Below are positions 19,903 to 30,287 of a DNA stretch of 64,000 nt, piece after piece. Source of the stretch: an uncultured bacterium. GTDB taxonomy: Bacteria > Edwardsbacteria > AC1 > EtOH8. The notes below the pieces were generated by a model. The model saw only the letters and a list, made by a program, of their open reading frames with translations. It was not told the DNA's origin and did no database searches. Within the stretch, counting starts at the first letter, position 1. Each line of letters opens with the position of its first letter. The stretch spans positions 1,816 through 65,815 of the forward strand of contig CALMGM010000012.1 in the NCBI GenBank assembly GCA_937863685.1, written 5' to 3'. The translations under genes were made by a program, and so were the position numbers.

Positions 19903-19930
19903 TTGACTTTGGGGGGTTTCCTGATATAAT
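19903..19930 (+). promoter_or_regulatory. sigma70 promoter of the peptidase gene; a divergent promoter for DUF3467 lies just upstream on the minus strand
   Basis: TTGACT-N16-TATAAT with extended TG; minus strand TTGACA-N18-TAAAAT at about 19865-19894. Confidence 0.6.
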
Positions 19931-19954
19931 AATCTCAATCAATTGAGGGATATT

Positions 19955-22408
19955 ATGAAAAAGATCGCCATCATTTTGCTGATCCTGCCGGCGGTTTGCT
20001 GCTCGGTCATCAAGGCCGATGAACTGCACCGCCTGGGCCTGATATGGAAGGATCCCAGGATCGCGGCCCCAGGAAACGAAGTAAAGGTCGCCAGGTCGAA
20101 AGACGCCCTGCCTTCCTCGGTCGATCACTCGGCCGATATGCCATCAGTAGGCAACCAGGCCAGCCAGGGATCCTGCACCGCCTGGGCAACGGCCTATTAT
20201 CACAAAGGTTATCAGGAATGGGCTGAGCACAATTGGTCAATGGCGGATTCAAATCACTTGTTCAGCCCCTCGTTCGTGTACAATCAGATCAACGGCGGGG
20301 CGGATAATGGCTCCTCGTTTGGCGATGCTTTTCAGGTGCTGTGCGATATGGGAAGCTCATCGATTTTGCTGAAACCTTACAACGACGGAGACTGCACCAG
20401 CTGGCCCAGCGAAGCGGCTTACGATTCGGCCATACCGTACCGCTGTGAAGAATGGTTCTGGTTCGACCTGTACGATGATCTGGGTGTAGAGGGGGTCAAG
20501 CAGTGCCTGGCTGACGGCAACAACGTGGTTATCGGCCTGCTGGTCTACGCCAATTACGATAACATCTCCTCCTATGACAATACTTTCTGCGTGTCCGATC
20601 TTTCCGGTGACATCCGGGGAGGGCATGCCAACTGCATCGTCGGATATGACGATTCCCTGGTGACCCATGACGGACTGGGGGCCTTTCGGGTGGTCAACTC
20701 CTGGGGCACCAATTGGGGAGACAAGGGATATTATTGGATGTCTTATCAGGCCGCCACCGATTACCGTACGTCATACCAGGCGGCTTTTTATTCATCGGAC
20801 AAGATAGGATACCAGCCCAAGCTGAAGATGCGGGTCAAGATAAAGCATCAGAACAGAGGCAGCATAAAGTTCCGGGCGGGAGGCGGCCCTGCTACGTCCC
20901 CGTACTGGCAAAAGCTGTTTTATTATAACCCTTATGGCTTCTATTTCGGCGGAGGCAATAACCCGTTCCCTGACAATAATATCGTTTTAGATATTACCGA
21001 AGGAGCTTCTTATCTTGATAGCACAGCGGGAAACAACATTTATTTGCGGTGTCAGGACGACGAAACCGACGGCGTTTCCGGGACGGTGGAATATTTGGGG
21101 GCGGAGAGCGTGGAGTGGAACGTAAGCAATGCATCGCTGGAAACACCGACGGCGATTGCCGATGACTATGATTATTATTACACCAACGTATCCTTGCATT
21201 ACAAGGATTATACGATCAAGGTGTTGCCTGCGGAGGCTATTGTAAATCAAGGCGATACCAGTCATTATAAAGTGGCGCTGAATTCCTGTAACGGATTTTC
21301 CGGCCAGGTGGCGTTGACCTCTCAGCTTTCTCCCCTGCCCAACGCCGGAAATATCGATGTTGTCTTTGAGCAGCCCGCCCTGTACCCCACGGATTCATGC
21401 AATGTCAGTTTGATCGCATCTCCGGATGTGAGCCCCGGTAAATATTCGATTACCGTTACCGGGACCTACGGCCCCGACACCTTGATCCACAACTCAGGCA
21501 TAGTCCTTTGGGTGCTGGGCTCCGGGGATGCCCTGTGCATAGGCCCGTCCTCCGGGATGATGAAGCTGGTCAGGTCCCGCTGGGATAAGGTCGACAGTCT
21601 GACTTTGATGCCTCCGGTCATTGGCAGTAATTACACGGCCATGATCCTTGGCGACGGCCTGACCACGGCCGATTCTTCAAAAGTGAGCAGTTTTATCGGA
21701 TCCGGCGGCCTGGCCTTATCCGCCGGGAATTCGGTTTACGCTTTAAGCGGCGGAAGCAATTTGCTGCCGGTAAGCCAATGGTTGGGGGCTACCGGTTACG
21801 CTTTTTATACCGGCGCGGGGATCAAAGTGATATCTGATTACCAAAATCCTTTCGGGGTAACATCGATCGATTACGGAGATACCCTGGGTACGCTTACGGC
21901 GATCAACGGCAGGCTGAACAACCTGCTGCCGGGGGCGGTCCCCTTGGCCCATCTGGGAACCGTTACTTCGGCGATAGCGGCGCTTTACAACCCCTACGGA
22001 TCAGGGCAGAGTCTGTGGATTACTGCCGGCGCTGGATTCAGCGAACCGATGGACTCCCTGATAACCGGCTTCCTGCGGAACCCGGCGTTGGGGGTCAGCA
22101 ACAATGGGAAGCATGACGCCTCTTCTGGGGTGCTTAAACCGGGACTGTCGTCATATCCCAACCCGTTTACCCGCAAAAGCGTCATAACCCTGAACCTTCC
22201 GGGTAAATCGCACGTGAAAATAAGGGTTTATGATGTATGTGGCAGGCTGGTTAAAACAGTATTTAATGGGGAAAAGGCTGGAGGGAGGCACGTTTTTGCC
22301 TGGGACGGCCGGAACCAAGCTGATAATGACATTGCCTCCGGGGTTTACTTCATAAAGGCCGAAACCGATTATGAAAATATGCTGCAGAAGATCATATCCG
22401 TTAGATAG
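19955..22408 (+). CDS. Secreted C1 (papain-family) cysteine peptidase with FlgD-Ig/T9SS-like C-terminal domain
   Basis: Signal peptide; NQASQGSCTAWA, GGHA, NSWG.NWG..GY; CTD YPNPF..VYD..GRLV..WDG..SGVYF. Confidence 0.88.
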   Translation: MKKIAIILLILPAVCCSVIKADELHRLGLIWKDPRIAAPGNEVKVARSKDALPSSVDHSADMPSVGNQASQGSCTAWATAYYHKGYQEWAEHNWSMADSNHLFSPSFVYNQINGGADNGSSFGDAFQVLCDMGSSSILLKPYNDGDCTSWPSEAAYDSAIPYRCEEWFWFDLYDDLGVEGVKQCLADGNNVVIGLLVYANYDNISSYDNTFCVSDLSGDIRGGHANCIVGYDDSLVTHDGLGAFRVVNSWGTNWGDKGYYWMSYQAATDYRTSYQAAFYSSDKIGYQPKLKMRVKIKHQNRGSIKFRAGGGPATSPYWQKLFYYNPYGFYFGGGNNPFPDNNIVLDITEGASYLDSTAGNNIYLRCQDDETDGVSGTVEYLGAESVEWNVSNASLETPTAIADDYDYYYTNVSLHYKDYTIKVLPAEAIVNQGDTSHYKVALNSCNGFSGQVALTSQLSPLPNAGNIDVVFEQPALYPTDSCNVSLIASPDVSPGKYSITVTGTYGPDTLIHNSGIVLWVLGSGDALCIGPSSGMMKLVRSRWDKVDSLTLMPPVIGSNYTAMILGDGLTTADSSKVSSFIGSGGLALSAGNSVYALSGGSNLLPVSQWLGATGYAFYTGAGIKVISDYQNPFGVTSIDYGDTLGTLTAINGRLNNLLPGAVPLAHLGTVTSAIAALYNPYGSGQSLWITAGAGFSEPMDSLITGFLRNPALGVSNNGKHDASSGVLKPGLSSYPNPFTRKSVITLNLPGKSHVKIRVYDVCGRLVKTVFNGEKAGGRHVFAWDGRNQADNDIASGVYFIKAETDYENMLQKIISVR

Positions 22409-22425
22409 CTAAAGCTTCTATTTTG

Positions 22426-22454
22426 GGCGCCTTATAATATATAAGGCGCCTTTT
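22426..22454 (+). terminator. Intrinsic terminator
   Basis: GGCGCCTTATA-ATA-TATAAGGCGCC then TTTT. Confidence 0.7.
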
Positions 22455-22553
22455 AGTTTTCCCTTGAAATATCCGTAAGTTAATGATATATTTATGCTTT
22501 GAAAAGGAAATATCTGAAAAGTTGTCACAACTTAAATATTGGGGGAATGCCGT

Positions 22554-23189
22554 ATGGCTGGGCAGGAATACGAAAAGAATTTTAAGCCAGGGGAAGTCAT
22601 ATTCAAACAGGGCGACGATGGCAGCGAAATGTATCTGATCCGGGCCGGAAAGGTCAAGATCAGCCGCAGCGCCGGGAACATCGAGAAGGTTTTGGCCATC
22701 ATCAAGGAGGGCGATTTTTTCGGGGAGATGGCGGTCATCGACGGCAGCCCCCGGTCGGCCGCCGCCACCGCGGTGGACGAGGTCAACCTGCTGATCGTGG
22801 ATAGGGACGCCTTCAAATCCCAGCTCAAGGACAACCCCATGATCGAATACGTCCTGGAGACCATGACCCGCCGCCTGAGGGACACCAACCGCCAGGTGGA
22901 ATTCCTGCTGATCCGCGACGAGATGCGACGGGTGGTGGCACTGCTGGTCTCCATGGCCAAGGAGCGCGGCGCCCAGACCTCAGAAGGGATCGTGGTGGAT
23001 TTCCCATATGATTACAACGCTTTGGGCGGAATGATAGGCATCGACGCCTCCAAGACCGAGGAGATAATCAAAAAGCTTTTAACCCTCAAACTGATCCGCA
23101 TCGAGGACAAGAAGCTGATCATCACCAGCCTGGTGGAGATAGACGATTACCTGCGATTCATAACATTAAAGGAAAAATTTGCTTCTTGA
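22554..23189 (+). CDS. Crp/Fnr family cNMP-binding regulator
   Basis: F.QGD.G..MY.I..GKV, FFGEMA..PRSA; C-terminal HTH-like region. Confidence 0.85.
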   Translation: MAGQEYEKNFKPGEVIFKQGDDGSEMYLIRAGKVKISRSAGNIEKVLAIIKEGDFFGEMAVIDGSPRSAAATAVDEVNLLIVDRDAFKSQLKDNPMIEYVLETMTRRLRDTNRQVEFLLIRDEMRRVVALLVSMAKERGAQTSEGIVVDFPYDYNALGGMIGIDASKTEEIIKKLLTLKLIRIEDKKLIITSLVEIDDYLRFITLKEKFAS

Positions 23190-23250
23190 CCAAAAATATG
23201 GAAACCTCCCGGAACAAGGGAGAAATCATATTTTATTTTGAAAGGGATTA

Positions 23251-24114
23251 ATGCGGGAATATCTGGACCTGGTAAAATATGTATTGGACAACGGAACGGA
23301 ACAAAAGAACCGCACCGGCGTAAACACCTTGAGCTGCTTTGCCTATTTCTACCAGGTTGACCTGCAGAAGGGGTTTCCCTTGCTGACCACCAAGAAGGTT
23401 AATTTCGATGCCATGCTGCACGAATTGTTCTGGTATTTAAGCGGCGAGGCTCACATCAGAAATCTCAAGACCAAGACCAAAATATGGAACGACTGGGCTG
23501 ATGGCGAAGGCCGGCTGGAAACGGCTTACGGCAGGTTCTGGCGCAGGTTCCCGATTTCCGACCACGCCGCAGAAGGAGAAAAATGGGGCAGCCGCTGGGT
23601 CACTGCCGATCCCGAGACCGGAGGCAAGGTCTTTGACCAGATACGTTATATTGTAGATGTCCTGAAGGAGATAAAACGGAACCCGACCACTCCGAACCTG
23701 AGACGGATGGTGGTGGAAGCATGGCATCCCGGGAACGCCGCCGAAAGCAAACTGCCGCCCTGCCATTATACCTTCTGCTTTAGCGTGATCGGCGACCGGC
23801 TGAACTGCCACTTGACCCAGCGCTCCGGCGACGTGGCTTTGGGGATCCCGTTCAACCTGGCCTGCTACTCGCTGTTGACCATGATGCTGGCCCGAGAGGC
23901 CGGATTTGTTCCAGGCAGTTTTGCCCACACCATCATCAACGCCCACATCTACACCAATCACATTGACGGCCTCAAAAAGCAGCTGGCCAGAGAACCCCGG
24001 AAACTGCCTCATATCAAAATTGCCGCCAAGCCGTTCTTCGAACTCTCTCCGGACGATATTTCCCTGGAAGGCTATGACCCGTATCCGGGAATTAAATTCG
24101 AGGTAGCGGTTTGA
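23251..24114 (+). CDS. thyA: Thymidylate synthase
   Basis: RTG, FPLLTTK, LPPCH, QRSGD..LGIPFN, HIY.NH. Confidence 0.95.
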   Translation: MREYLDLVKYVLDNGTEQKNRTGVNTLSCFAYFYQVDLQKGFPLLTTKKVNFDAMLHELFWYLSGEAHIRNLKTKTKIWNDWADGEGRLETAYGRFWRRFPISDHAAEGEKWGSRWVTADPETGGKVFDQIRYIVDVLKEIKRNPTTPNLRRMVVEAWHPGNAAESKLPPCHYTFCFSVIGDRLNCHLTQRSGDVALGIPFNLACYSLLTMMLAREAGFVPGSFAHTIINAHIYTNHIDGLKKQLAREPRKLPHIKIAAKPFFELSPDDISLEGYDPYPGIKFEVAV

Positions 24115-24593
24115 GATCTCCCGAGAAATACATCATCGTGGCCATGACCAGGGACCGGGTCATAGGAATGGACAACCAGATGCCCTGGCACCTGCCGGAG
24201 GATCTGAAACTGTTCAAAAAACTGACCGCCGGCAATACCGTGATCATGGGACGGAAGACATATGAGTCCATCGGGAAGCCGCTTCCCAACCGCAGTAATA
24301 TCGTGGTCTCCAGGTCCCAAATGGATATTCCCGGAGTGGTGGTCTGCCCAAGTATGGCTCAGGCTTTGAACAAAGCCGAAGAATACGGTCAGAAGATATT
24401 CTTCATCGGAGGGGCGGAGATTTACCGGCAGGCATTGCCGCTGGCCGATTGCCTGTACATATCATGGCTCAAACAGGATTATCCCGGGGACACTAAATTC
24501 CCGGAGTTCAATGAAACAGAATGGGAAATGCTTTCGGAGACCGAGTATCCGGAGTTCAGCAACGTCCTTTATAAAAGAATCAGAAAACACTAA
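24111..24593 (+). CDS. folA: Dihydrofolate reductase
   Basis: IG..NQMPWHLPEDL, MGRKTYESI, PLPNR, IGGAEIY. Confidence 0.95.
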   Translation: MRSPEKYIIVAMTRDRVIGMDNQMPWHLPEDLKLFKKLTAGNTVIMGRKTYESIGKPLPNRSNIVVSRSQMDIPGVVVCPSMAQALNKAEEYGQKIFFIGGAEIYRQALPLADCLYISWLKQDYPGDTKFPEFNETEWEMLSETEYPEFSNVLYKRIRKH

Positions 24594-24606
24594 GATATTT
24601 TTGAAA

Positions 24607-25911
24607 ATGATCGAACGCTATACCTTGCCCAAAATGAAGGCCGTCTGGAGCGAACAGAACAAGTTCCAGAAATGGCTGGACATCGAGATCCTGGCCTGCG
24701 AGGCCCAGGCCCGGCTGGGGCGCATTCCCCAGAATGACCTGGAGAACATCAAGGCCAAGGCCGGATTCGACATCGCCCGGATAGACCAGATCGAGGCCGA
24801 GGTCCAGCACGACGTCATCGCCTTTTTGACCAGCGTCAACGAGCTGGTGGGCGGATCGGGCCGCTTCATTCACATGGGCATGACCTCGTCCGACGTGCTG
24901 GACACCGCCTGGGCGGTGCTGATGAAGGAGGCCGGCCAGCTGCTGCTGGACGATTTGAAAAAGCTTTCGGCTGTTCTAAAGCAAAGAGCCTGGGAACACA
25001 AGGATACCCTGATGATGGGGCGCAGCCACGGCATCCATGCCGAACCCACCACCTTCGGGCTCAAGCTGGCCATGTGGTGGCAGGAGATACAGCGCGACAT
25101 CCTTAGGATGGAACGGGCCGTCGAGGCCATCTCCTGCGGAAAGATATCGGGAGCGGTGGGAACCTTTGCCCATATCGACCCCTCGGTGGAGGAGTATGTC
25201 TGTCAGAAGCTGGGCCTGACCCCCGAGCCGGTGTCCACCCAGATCGTCCAGCGGGACCGCCATGCCGAATATCTCTGCACTTTGGGCATCATTGCTTCAA
25301 CTTTGGATAAGATCGCTTTGGAGATCAGGCATTTGCAGCGGACCGAGGTACGGGAGGCGGAGGAGCCGTTCTCGGAAAAACAGAAAGGCTCCTCCGCCAT
25401 GCCCCACAAGAGGAACCCCATCATCTCAGAGCGGATCTGCGGGATGGCCCGGGTGATAAGGAGCAACGCCCTGGTGGGGATGGAGAACGTGGCTCTGTGG
25501 CACGAAAGGGACATCTCCCATTCCTCGGCCGAACGGATAGTGATCCCGGACAGCACCATCGCCCTGGATTACATACTGCAGAAGACCATCTGGCTGATCG
25601 AAGGCTTAAGAGTCTATCCAGAGAGGATGAAACAAAACATCGAATCATCTGGGGGCCTGATCTTTTCCCAGAAACTGCTGCTGGCATTGGTGGAGAAGGG
25701 TCGGTCCCGGGAAGAGGCCTACCGCATGGTTCAGCGTCATGCCATGAAGGTCTGGGAGGGGAGTGGAAATCTCAAGGAAATGATCTCAGCCGACGCCGAG
25801 TTCGCGGGATCATTGGACCCGAAAACCATCGAAGATGTGTTCAACCTTGAGAATTTTGTCCGGAACATCGGGCATATCTTCAGACGTAGCGGATTGAACG
25901 GCCCGAAATAA
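24607..25911 (+). CDS. purB: Adenylosuccinate lyase
   Basis: MIERY start, GRSHGIHAEP, GSSAMPHKRNP. Confidence 0.96.
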   Translation: MIERYTLPKMKAVWSEQNKFQKWLDIEILACEAQARLGRIPQNDLENIKAKAGFDIARIDQIEAEVQHDVIAFLTSVNELVGGSGRFIHMGMTSSDVLDTAWAVLMKEAGQLLLDDLKKLSAVLKQRAWEHKDTLMMGRSHGIHAEPTTFGLKLAMWWQEIQRDILRMERAVEAISCGKISGAVGTFAHIDPSVEEYVCQKLGLTPEPVSTQIVQRDRHAEYLCTLGIIASTLDKIALEIRHLQRTEVREAEEPFSEKQKGSSAMPHKRNPIISERICGMARVIRSNALVGMENVALWHERDISHSSAERIVIPDSTIALDYILQKTIWLIEGLRVYPERMKQNIESSGGLIFSQKLLLALVEKGRSREEAYRMVQRHAMKVWEGSGNLKEMISADAEFAGSLDPKTIEDVFNLENFVRNIGHIFRRSGLNGPK

Positions 25912-25929
25912 TCAGATAGGGGGACATTT

Positions 25930-27150
25930 ATGGATATGTTGACATATGGGGCAATAGGCCTGGCGGCCCTGTTCATAGTGCTGTTCATAATCGCCAGCGG
26001 CAAGGCCGGCCAGAAAGCAGTGGCTTGCAGCCTGGCTCAGAACGAGCTCAAGCAATTGAAGGAGGACGACCGCCGCCAGCGGGACATAATCGCCAGCATG
26101 AAAAGCTCTCTGACCACCATGGAGAAGGATCATTCCGAACGCTCCCGGGTGTTCATGGTGCTGCTGGAGCTGGCCCGGACCCTGGGCGGCAGTCTGGAGA
26201 AGGAAAAACTGCCGATGCTGCTGAGCCGGATAGCCCAGCAGTTGTTCGACGCCGAAGAGGTGATCTTTTTCAAAGTCGGCGACGAAGGAGCGGAGTTGAC
26301 GGTGGCCGAATTCATCGGGCTGGACGCCAAGACAGCCCAGGAAATAGTGGTCAAGGTGGGGGAAGGGTACGTGGGCCATACCGCCGCCAAGCGGGTGATC
26401 ATGGCCAAGGAGGATTTCGAAAACGAGAGCAATCTGATAAAACAGAAGCTGGAGAACACCCGGGATAAAAGGATCAATCCCATCCTGTGCATTCCACTGG
26501 TGCAAAGGAACAATGTGATGGGGGTGGTATCCCTGGGCAGGATCCAGCGGCGTTCCAAGGAGGAGCGGAATCTGCTGTTGATATTCCAGAGCCTGGGTTC
26601 CATGGCTCTGGACAACGCCGGCCTGTTCGAAAAGCTCTACACCAAGGACAAGCTGACCGGCCTGCTGAACCGGAGGTATTTCGACGAACGGGCCCTGGCC
26701 GAACTGAACCGGGCCAAGCGCTTTGGCCACAAGCTTTCATTCACCCTGATGGACCTGGATAATTTTAAGGCCTTCATCGAAAGCAACGGCACCCAGGCCG
26801 GGGACAAGGTGCTGGCCCGGATCGGGATGCTGCTCAACGAGCATGTCCGGAAGATAGACATCTCCTGCCGGCTGGACGAGGACAAGTTCGCCGCGGCCCT
26901 GCTGGAGACCGAAAAGGGGCAGGCCCTGCAGTTTGCCGAGAAGATCAAGAAGATCATCGATTACGATGCCACCATCAACGACCAGGCCTTTGCCTCGCAT
27001 CGCCTGACCATCAGCCTGGCGGTGATGACCTTTCCCGACGACGGAATTTCCTACGAACAGATATTCGAAGAGGCCTCACAGAAACTGCACGAGATGCAGG
27101 CCAAGGGCGGCAACGTGATCATCAGCGACATCGGCGGAGGAAGCGCATGA
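25930..27150 (+). CDS. Membrane-anchored GAF plus degenerate GGDEF protein
   Basis: N-terminal TM, coiled coil, GAF (GEGYVG..CIPL), DKLTGLLNRRYF, DLDNFK; GGDEF position reads DEDKF; RxxD (RKID) intact. Confidence 0.85.
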   Translation: MDMLTYGAIGLAALFIVLFIIASGKAGQKAVACSLAQNELKQLKEDDRRQRDIIASMKSSLTTMEKDHSERSRVFMVLLELARTLGGSLEKEKLPMLLSRIAQQLFDAEEVIFFKVGDEGAELTVAEFIGLDAKTAQEIVVKVGEGYVGHTAAKRVIMAKEDFENESNLIKQKLENTRDKRINPILCIPLVQRNNVMGVVSLGRIQRRSKEERNLLLIFQSLGSMALDNAGLFEKLYTKDKLTGLLNRRYFDERALAELNRAKRFGHKLSFTLMDLDNFKAFIESNGTQAGDKVLARIGMLLNEHVRKIDISCRLDEDKFAAALLETEKGQALQFAEKIKKIIDYDATINDQAFASHRLTISLAVMTFPDDGISYEQIFEEASQKLHEMQAKGGNVIISDIGGGSA

Positions 27151-27797
27151 AACTGGCCCCGGAGGGAATGCCCACCATAATCATCGCCGGGCTGTTCTTT
27201 ATGATTGCCCTGATGATCTGGCTGATCACCAAAAACCAGATACTGGGCTATCTGACCCTGGCCTTTGCCGTGGTAACTTTGTTCATGATGTTTTTCTTCC
27301 GCGATCCGCCCAGGAAAGGGGATTATCTTCCGGGGCAGCTGATATCCCCGGCCGACGGCAAAGTGGTGATAGTTAAGGAGACGGTGGATTCTTTTCTGTT
27401 CCAGCAGAAGGTCCTGCAGATCAGCATCTTTTTATCGCCGATGGACGTCCACATCAATTGGATACCGATCTCCGGCCAGGTGATATACCAGCAGTACCAT
27501 TCGGGCAAATTTTTCCCGGCCTTCGAGGAGAAGGCCTCGCTGGCCAACGAGCAGATGCATCTGGGGATCGAGACCCCCCACGGGAAGATACTGATGAAGC
27601 AGATCGCCGGGATCCTGGCCCGCAGGGTGGTGTGCTATCCCAGGCTGGGAGATGAGGTGACCACCGGGCAGCGGATGGGCCTGATGAAGTTCGGCTCCCG
27701 GATCGATCTGCTGCTGCCGCTGGGCACCAAGGTCGATGTGAAGATGGGGGACAGGGTCAAGGGCGGCATCACCCCGATCGCCATATTCAATAAATAG
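27147..27797 (+). CDS. psd: Phosphatidylserine decarboxylase (short type)
   Basis: FFRDP, SPADG, IFLSP.DVH, self-cleavage motif KFGSR. Confidence 0.92.
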   Translation: MKLAPEGMPTIIIAGLFFMIALMIWLITKNQILGYLTLAFAVVTLFMMFFFRDPPRKGDYLPGQLISPADGKVVIVKETVDSFLFQQKVLQISIFLSPMDVHINWIPISGQVIYQQYHSGKFFPAFEEKASLANEQMHLGIETPHGKILMKQIAGILARRVVCYPRLGDEVTTGQRMGLMKFGSRIDLLLPLGTKVDVKMGDRVKGGITPIAIFNK

Positions 27798-27807
27798 GTT
27801 TTATACT

Positions 27808-28557
27808 ATGAAGCCCAAGATCAAAACTCCGTCGTTCCTGCCCAGCGTCTTCACCAGCGGAAACCTGTTCTGCGGCGTGCTGGCGATACTGGAGGCCTTC
27901 AACGGCAACTATTACCGGGGGGCCTGGCTGATCATCCTGGCCGGCTTCTTCGATTCCATAGACGGGATGGTGGCCCGGCTGACCCACCATTACAGCCGCT
28001 TCGGGGCCGAGCTGGACTCGCTGTCCGACGTGGTGTCCTTCGTGCTGGCGCCGATGATCCTGATCTACCCGCTGGCCCTGAAGAACCTGGGGCTGTGGGG
28101 CAGCCTGACCGCCTTCGCCTTCGTGGTGGCCGGGGCCATCCGGCTGGCCCGGTTCAACGCCAACATCAAGAGCCTGACAGAGAAGGAGATCTTCCATGGC
28201 CTGCCCACCCCGGCGGCCGGGGGGGTGGTGGCCAGTTTCCTGCTGTTCAGCAATGCCGTGGCCTATGATCTGTCGCTGATCCGCTTCATCCCGCTGGTGA
28301 TCATCCTGCTTTCCTTCCTGATGGTCAGCGACATCGAATATCCGCCCATTCCCAAGATGGCCGACCGCAGTTTCAAATCCTACCTCATCTACGGCGGGTT
28401 CATGCTGGCCATTCTGGGCATCATCAAAAACCCAAATTTGACGCTTTTCCCCATACTGACCGGATACATCCTGTTCGGCATGATGCGGAGAATATATAAA
28501 TCAAGCCACATGGAAAAATTGAAGAACAAAAGGAGAAGAAAAATTGCTGACAGCTGA
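27808..28557 (+). CDS. pssA: CDP-diacylglycerol--serine O-phosphatidyltransferase
   Basis: DG..AR..S.FG.ELDSLSD..SF, RLARFN, GLPTP. Confidence 0.92.
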   Translation: MKPKIKTPSFLPSVFTSGNLFCGVLAILEAFNGNYYRGAWLIILAGFFDSIDGMVARLTHHYSRFGAELDSLSDVVSFVLAPMILIYPLALKNLGLWGSLTAFAFVVAGAIRLARFNANIKSLTEKEIFHGLPTPAAGGVVASFLLFSNAVAYDLSLIRFIPLVIILLSFLMVSDIEYPPIPKMADRSFKSYLIYGGFMLAILGIIKNPNLTLFPILTGYILFGMMRRIYKSSHMEKLKNKRRRKIADS

Positions 28558-28795
28558 GATCCATGTCACCCTGAAGGAACTGGTGCTGGACCCCCAGGGC
28601 ACCACTCTCAAACGCTCCATGGAGACCATGGGATACCAAGGCATCGAGGAGGTCCGGATGGGCAAATTCATCCAGGTGCGGTTCGACAGCGACGACCGAC
28701 AGGCGGTGGAGAAAAAGGTCGACGAGATGTGCCGGCAGATCCTGTCCAACCCGGTGATCGAGCAGTACAGCTATTCCCTGAGGGAGGGCAGATGA
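28544..28795 (+). CDS. purS: Phosphoribosylformylglycinamidine synthase subunit PurS
   Basis: VLDPQG, VRMGK, LSNPVIE; the start codon is non-ATG and uncertain. Confidence 0.9.
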   Translation: MLTAEIHVTLKELVLDPQGTTLKRSMETMGYQGIEEVRMGKFIQVRFDSDDRQAVEKKVDEMCRQILSNPVIEQYSYSLREGR

Positions 28796-29487
28796 AATTT
28801 GCGGTGATAACCTTTCCCGGCTCCAACTGCGACTACGATTGCTACCGGGCGGTGAAGGACCATCTTAAATGCCAGGTGGAGTATATCTGGCACCGGGAAC
28901 ATTCGCTGAACAACTGCGACTGCGTGATCCTGCCCGGCGGCTTTTCCTACGGCGACTATCTTCGGACCGGGGCCATCGCCCGTTTTTCGCCCATCATGCA
29001 ACAGGTGATCGATTTCGCTGATAAGGGCGGCCCGGTGATAGGCATCTGCAACGGCTTCCAGATCCTGCTGGAGAGCGGCCTGCTGCCGGGGGCCATGCTG
29101 GTCAACCGTAATTTGCAATTCATCTGCCAAACTGTTCACCTGAAGGTGGAGAACAACAGGCTGCCATTCACCAACCGGCTGACGGCGGGGCAATTGCTGA
29201 GAGTCCCCATCGCCCACAAGGAGGGCAACTATTATGCCGATGACAGGACCATCAAGGAACTGGAGGACAACGGCCGGGTGGTGTTCCGTTACAGCGACGG
29301 GTCGGGACAGGCCGATGAAAAGTCCAATCCCAACGGCTCGCTGAACAACATCGCCGGCATCACCAATAAAAAGGGCAACGTCCTGGGCATGATGCCCCAC
29401 CCGGAACGGGCCATGGAGCAGCTGCTGGGGTCGTCCGACGGCGCCCTGGTGTTCGACTCCATCAAGAACTTCCTGGGAGCAAACTGA
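28792..29487 (+). CDS. purQ: Phosphoribosylformylglycinamidine synthase subunit PurQ
   Basis: [33 protein letters not shown]. Confidence 0.96.
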   Translation: MKFAVITFPGSNCDYDCYRAVKDHLKCQVEYIWHREHSLNNCDCVILPGGFSYGDYLRTGAIARFSPIMQQVIDFADKGGPVIGICNGFQILLESGLLPGAMLVNRNLQFICQTVHLKVENNRLPFTNRLTAGQLLRVPIAHKEGNYYADDRTIKELEDNGRVVFRYSDGSGQADEKSNPNGSLNNIAGITNKKGNVLGMMPHPERAMEQLLGSSDGALVFDSIKNFLGAN

Positions 29488-29488
29488 C

Positions 29489-30286
29489 ATGCTGAACAAG
29501 CTGTACAAGCAGCCGGACGTCAACGCCATCACCGACCTGCTGACCAGGCTGGACCGGATCCTGGCCGGCGACCCCAATAAGATGATCCGCCAGCTTCGCA
29601 AGCTGGCCAGGGTGGTGGACCGGCTGGTGCCATACCATGACGGGCACATCCTCCGGGTGACCTTTTACTCTTTGGCCATCGGGATGCGGATGGGCCTGCC
29701 CCAGGAGGACCTGCTGACCCTGGAGGTGGCGGCCCTGCTGCACGATTTCGGCAAGCTGGGGGTGGACGAGGCCACCCTGGACAAGGAGGAGAGCCTGAGC
29801 ACCGAGGAGCTGACCGAGATACATCACCATGCCGAGCGGGGCTACCATATCATCTCCGGCTTCACCAAACTGTGCGCGGTGGCCGACGTCATCCGGGACC
29901 ACCACGAGAAATTCGACGGCAGCGGATATCCCAACAAGAAGACCGGCCACGATATCAGCCGGTTGGCCAGGATCATAGCGGTGGCCGACGCCTACGACGC
30001 CATGACGGCCGACCGTCCATACCGCAAAGGCTTGCCCCAGAAGCAGGCCGAGGTCGAACTACTGATCCATTCCGGAACCCAGTTCGACCCCGAGGTGGTG
30101 GATTACTTTGTCAATCATGTCCAGGACAAGAAACCGGACATCAAGATATCCCTGTTGCGTAAAACTTTCAAGATTTCCCGGCGTAAACCCCGGGTCAAAC
30201 CCCGGAACGGACAAAAGACTCATTCTAAGAAAACCGCTGCCAACGGAGGCTCACCAAAACCGCAACCTTCAAACATGAAAAAATAA
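29489..30286 (+). CDS. HD-GYP domain phosphodiesterase
   Basis: [38 protein letters not shown]; basic low-complexity tail. Confidence 0.9.
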   Translation: MLNKLYKQPDVNAITDLLTRLDRILAGDPNKMIRQLRKLARVVDRLVPYHDGHILRVTFYSLAIGMRMGLPQEDLLTLEVAALLHDFGKLGVDEATLDKEESLSTEELTEIHHHAERGYHIISGFTKLCAVADVIRDHHEKFDGSGYPNKKTGHDISRLARIIAVADAYDAMTADRPYRKGLPQKQAEVELLIHSGTQFDPEVVDYFVNHVQDKKPDIKISLLRKTFKISRRKPRVKPRNGQKTHSKKTAANGGSPKPQPSNMKK

Positions 30287-30287
30287 C

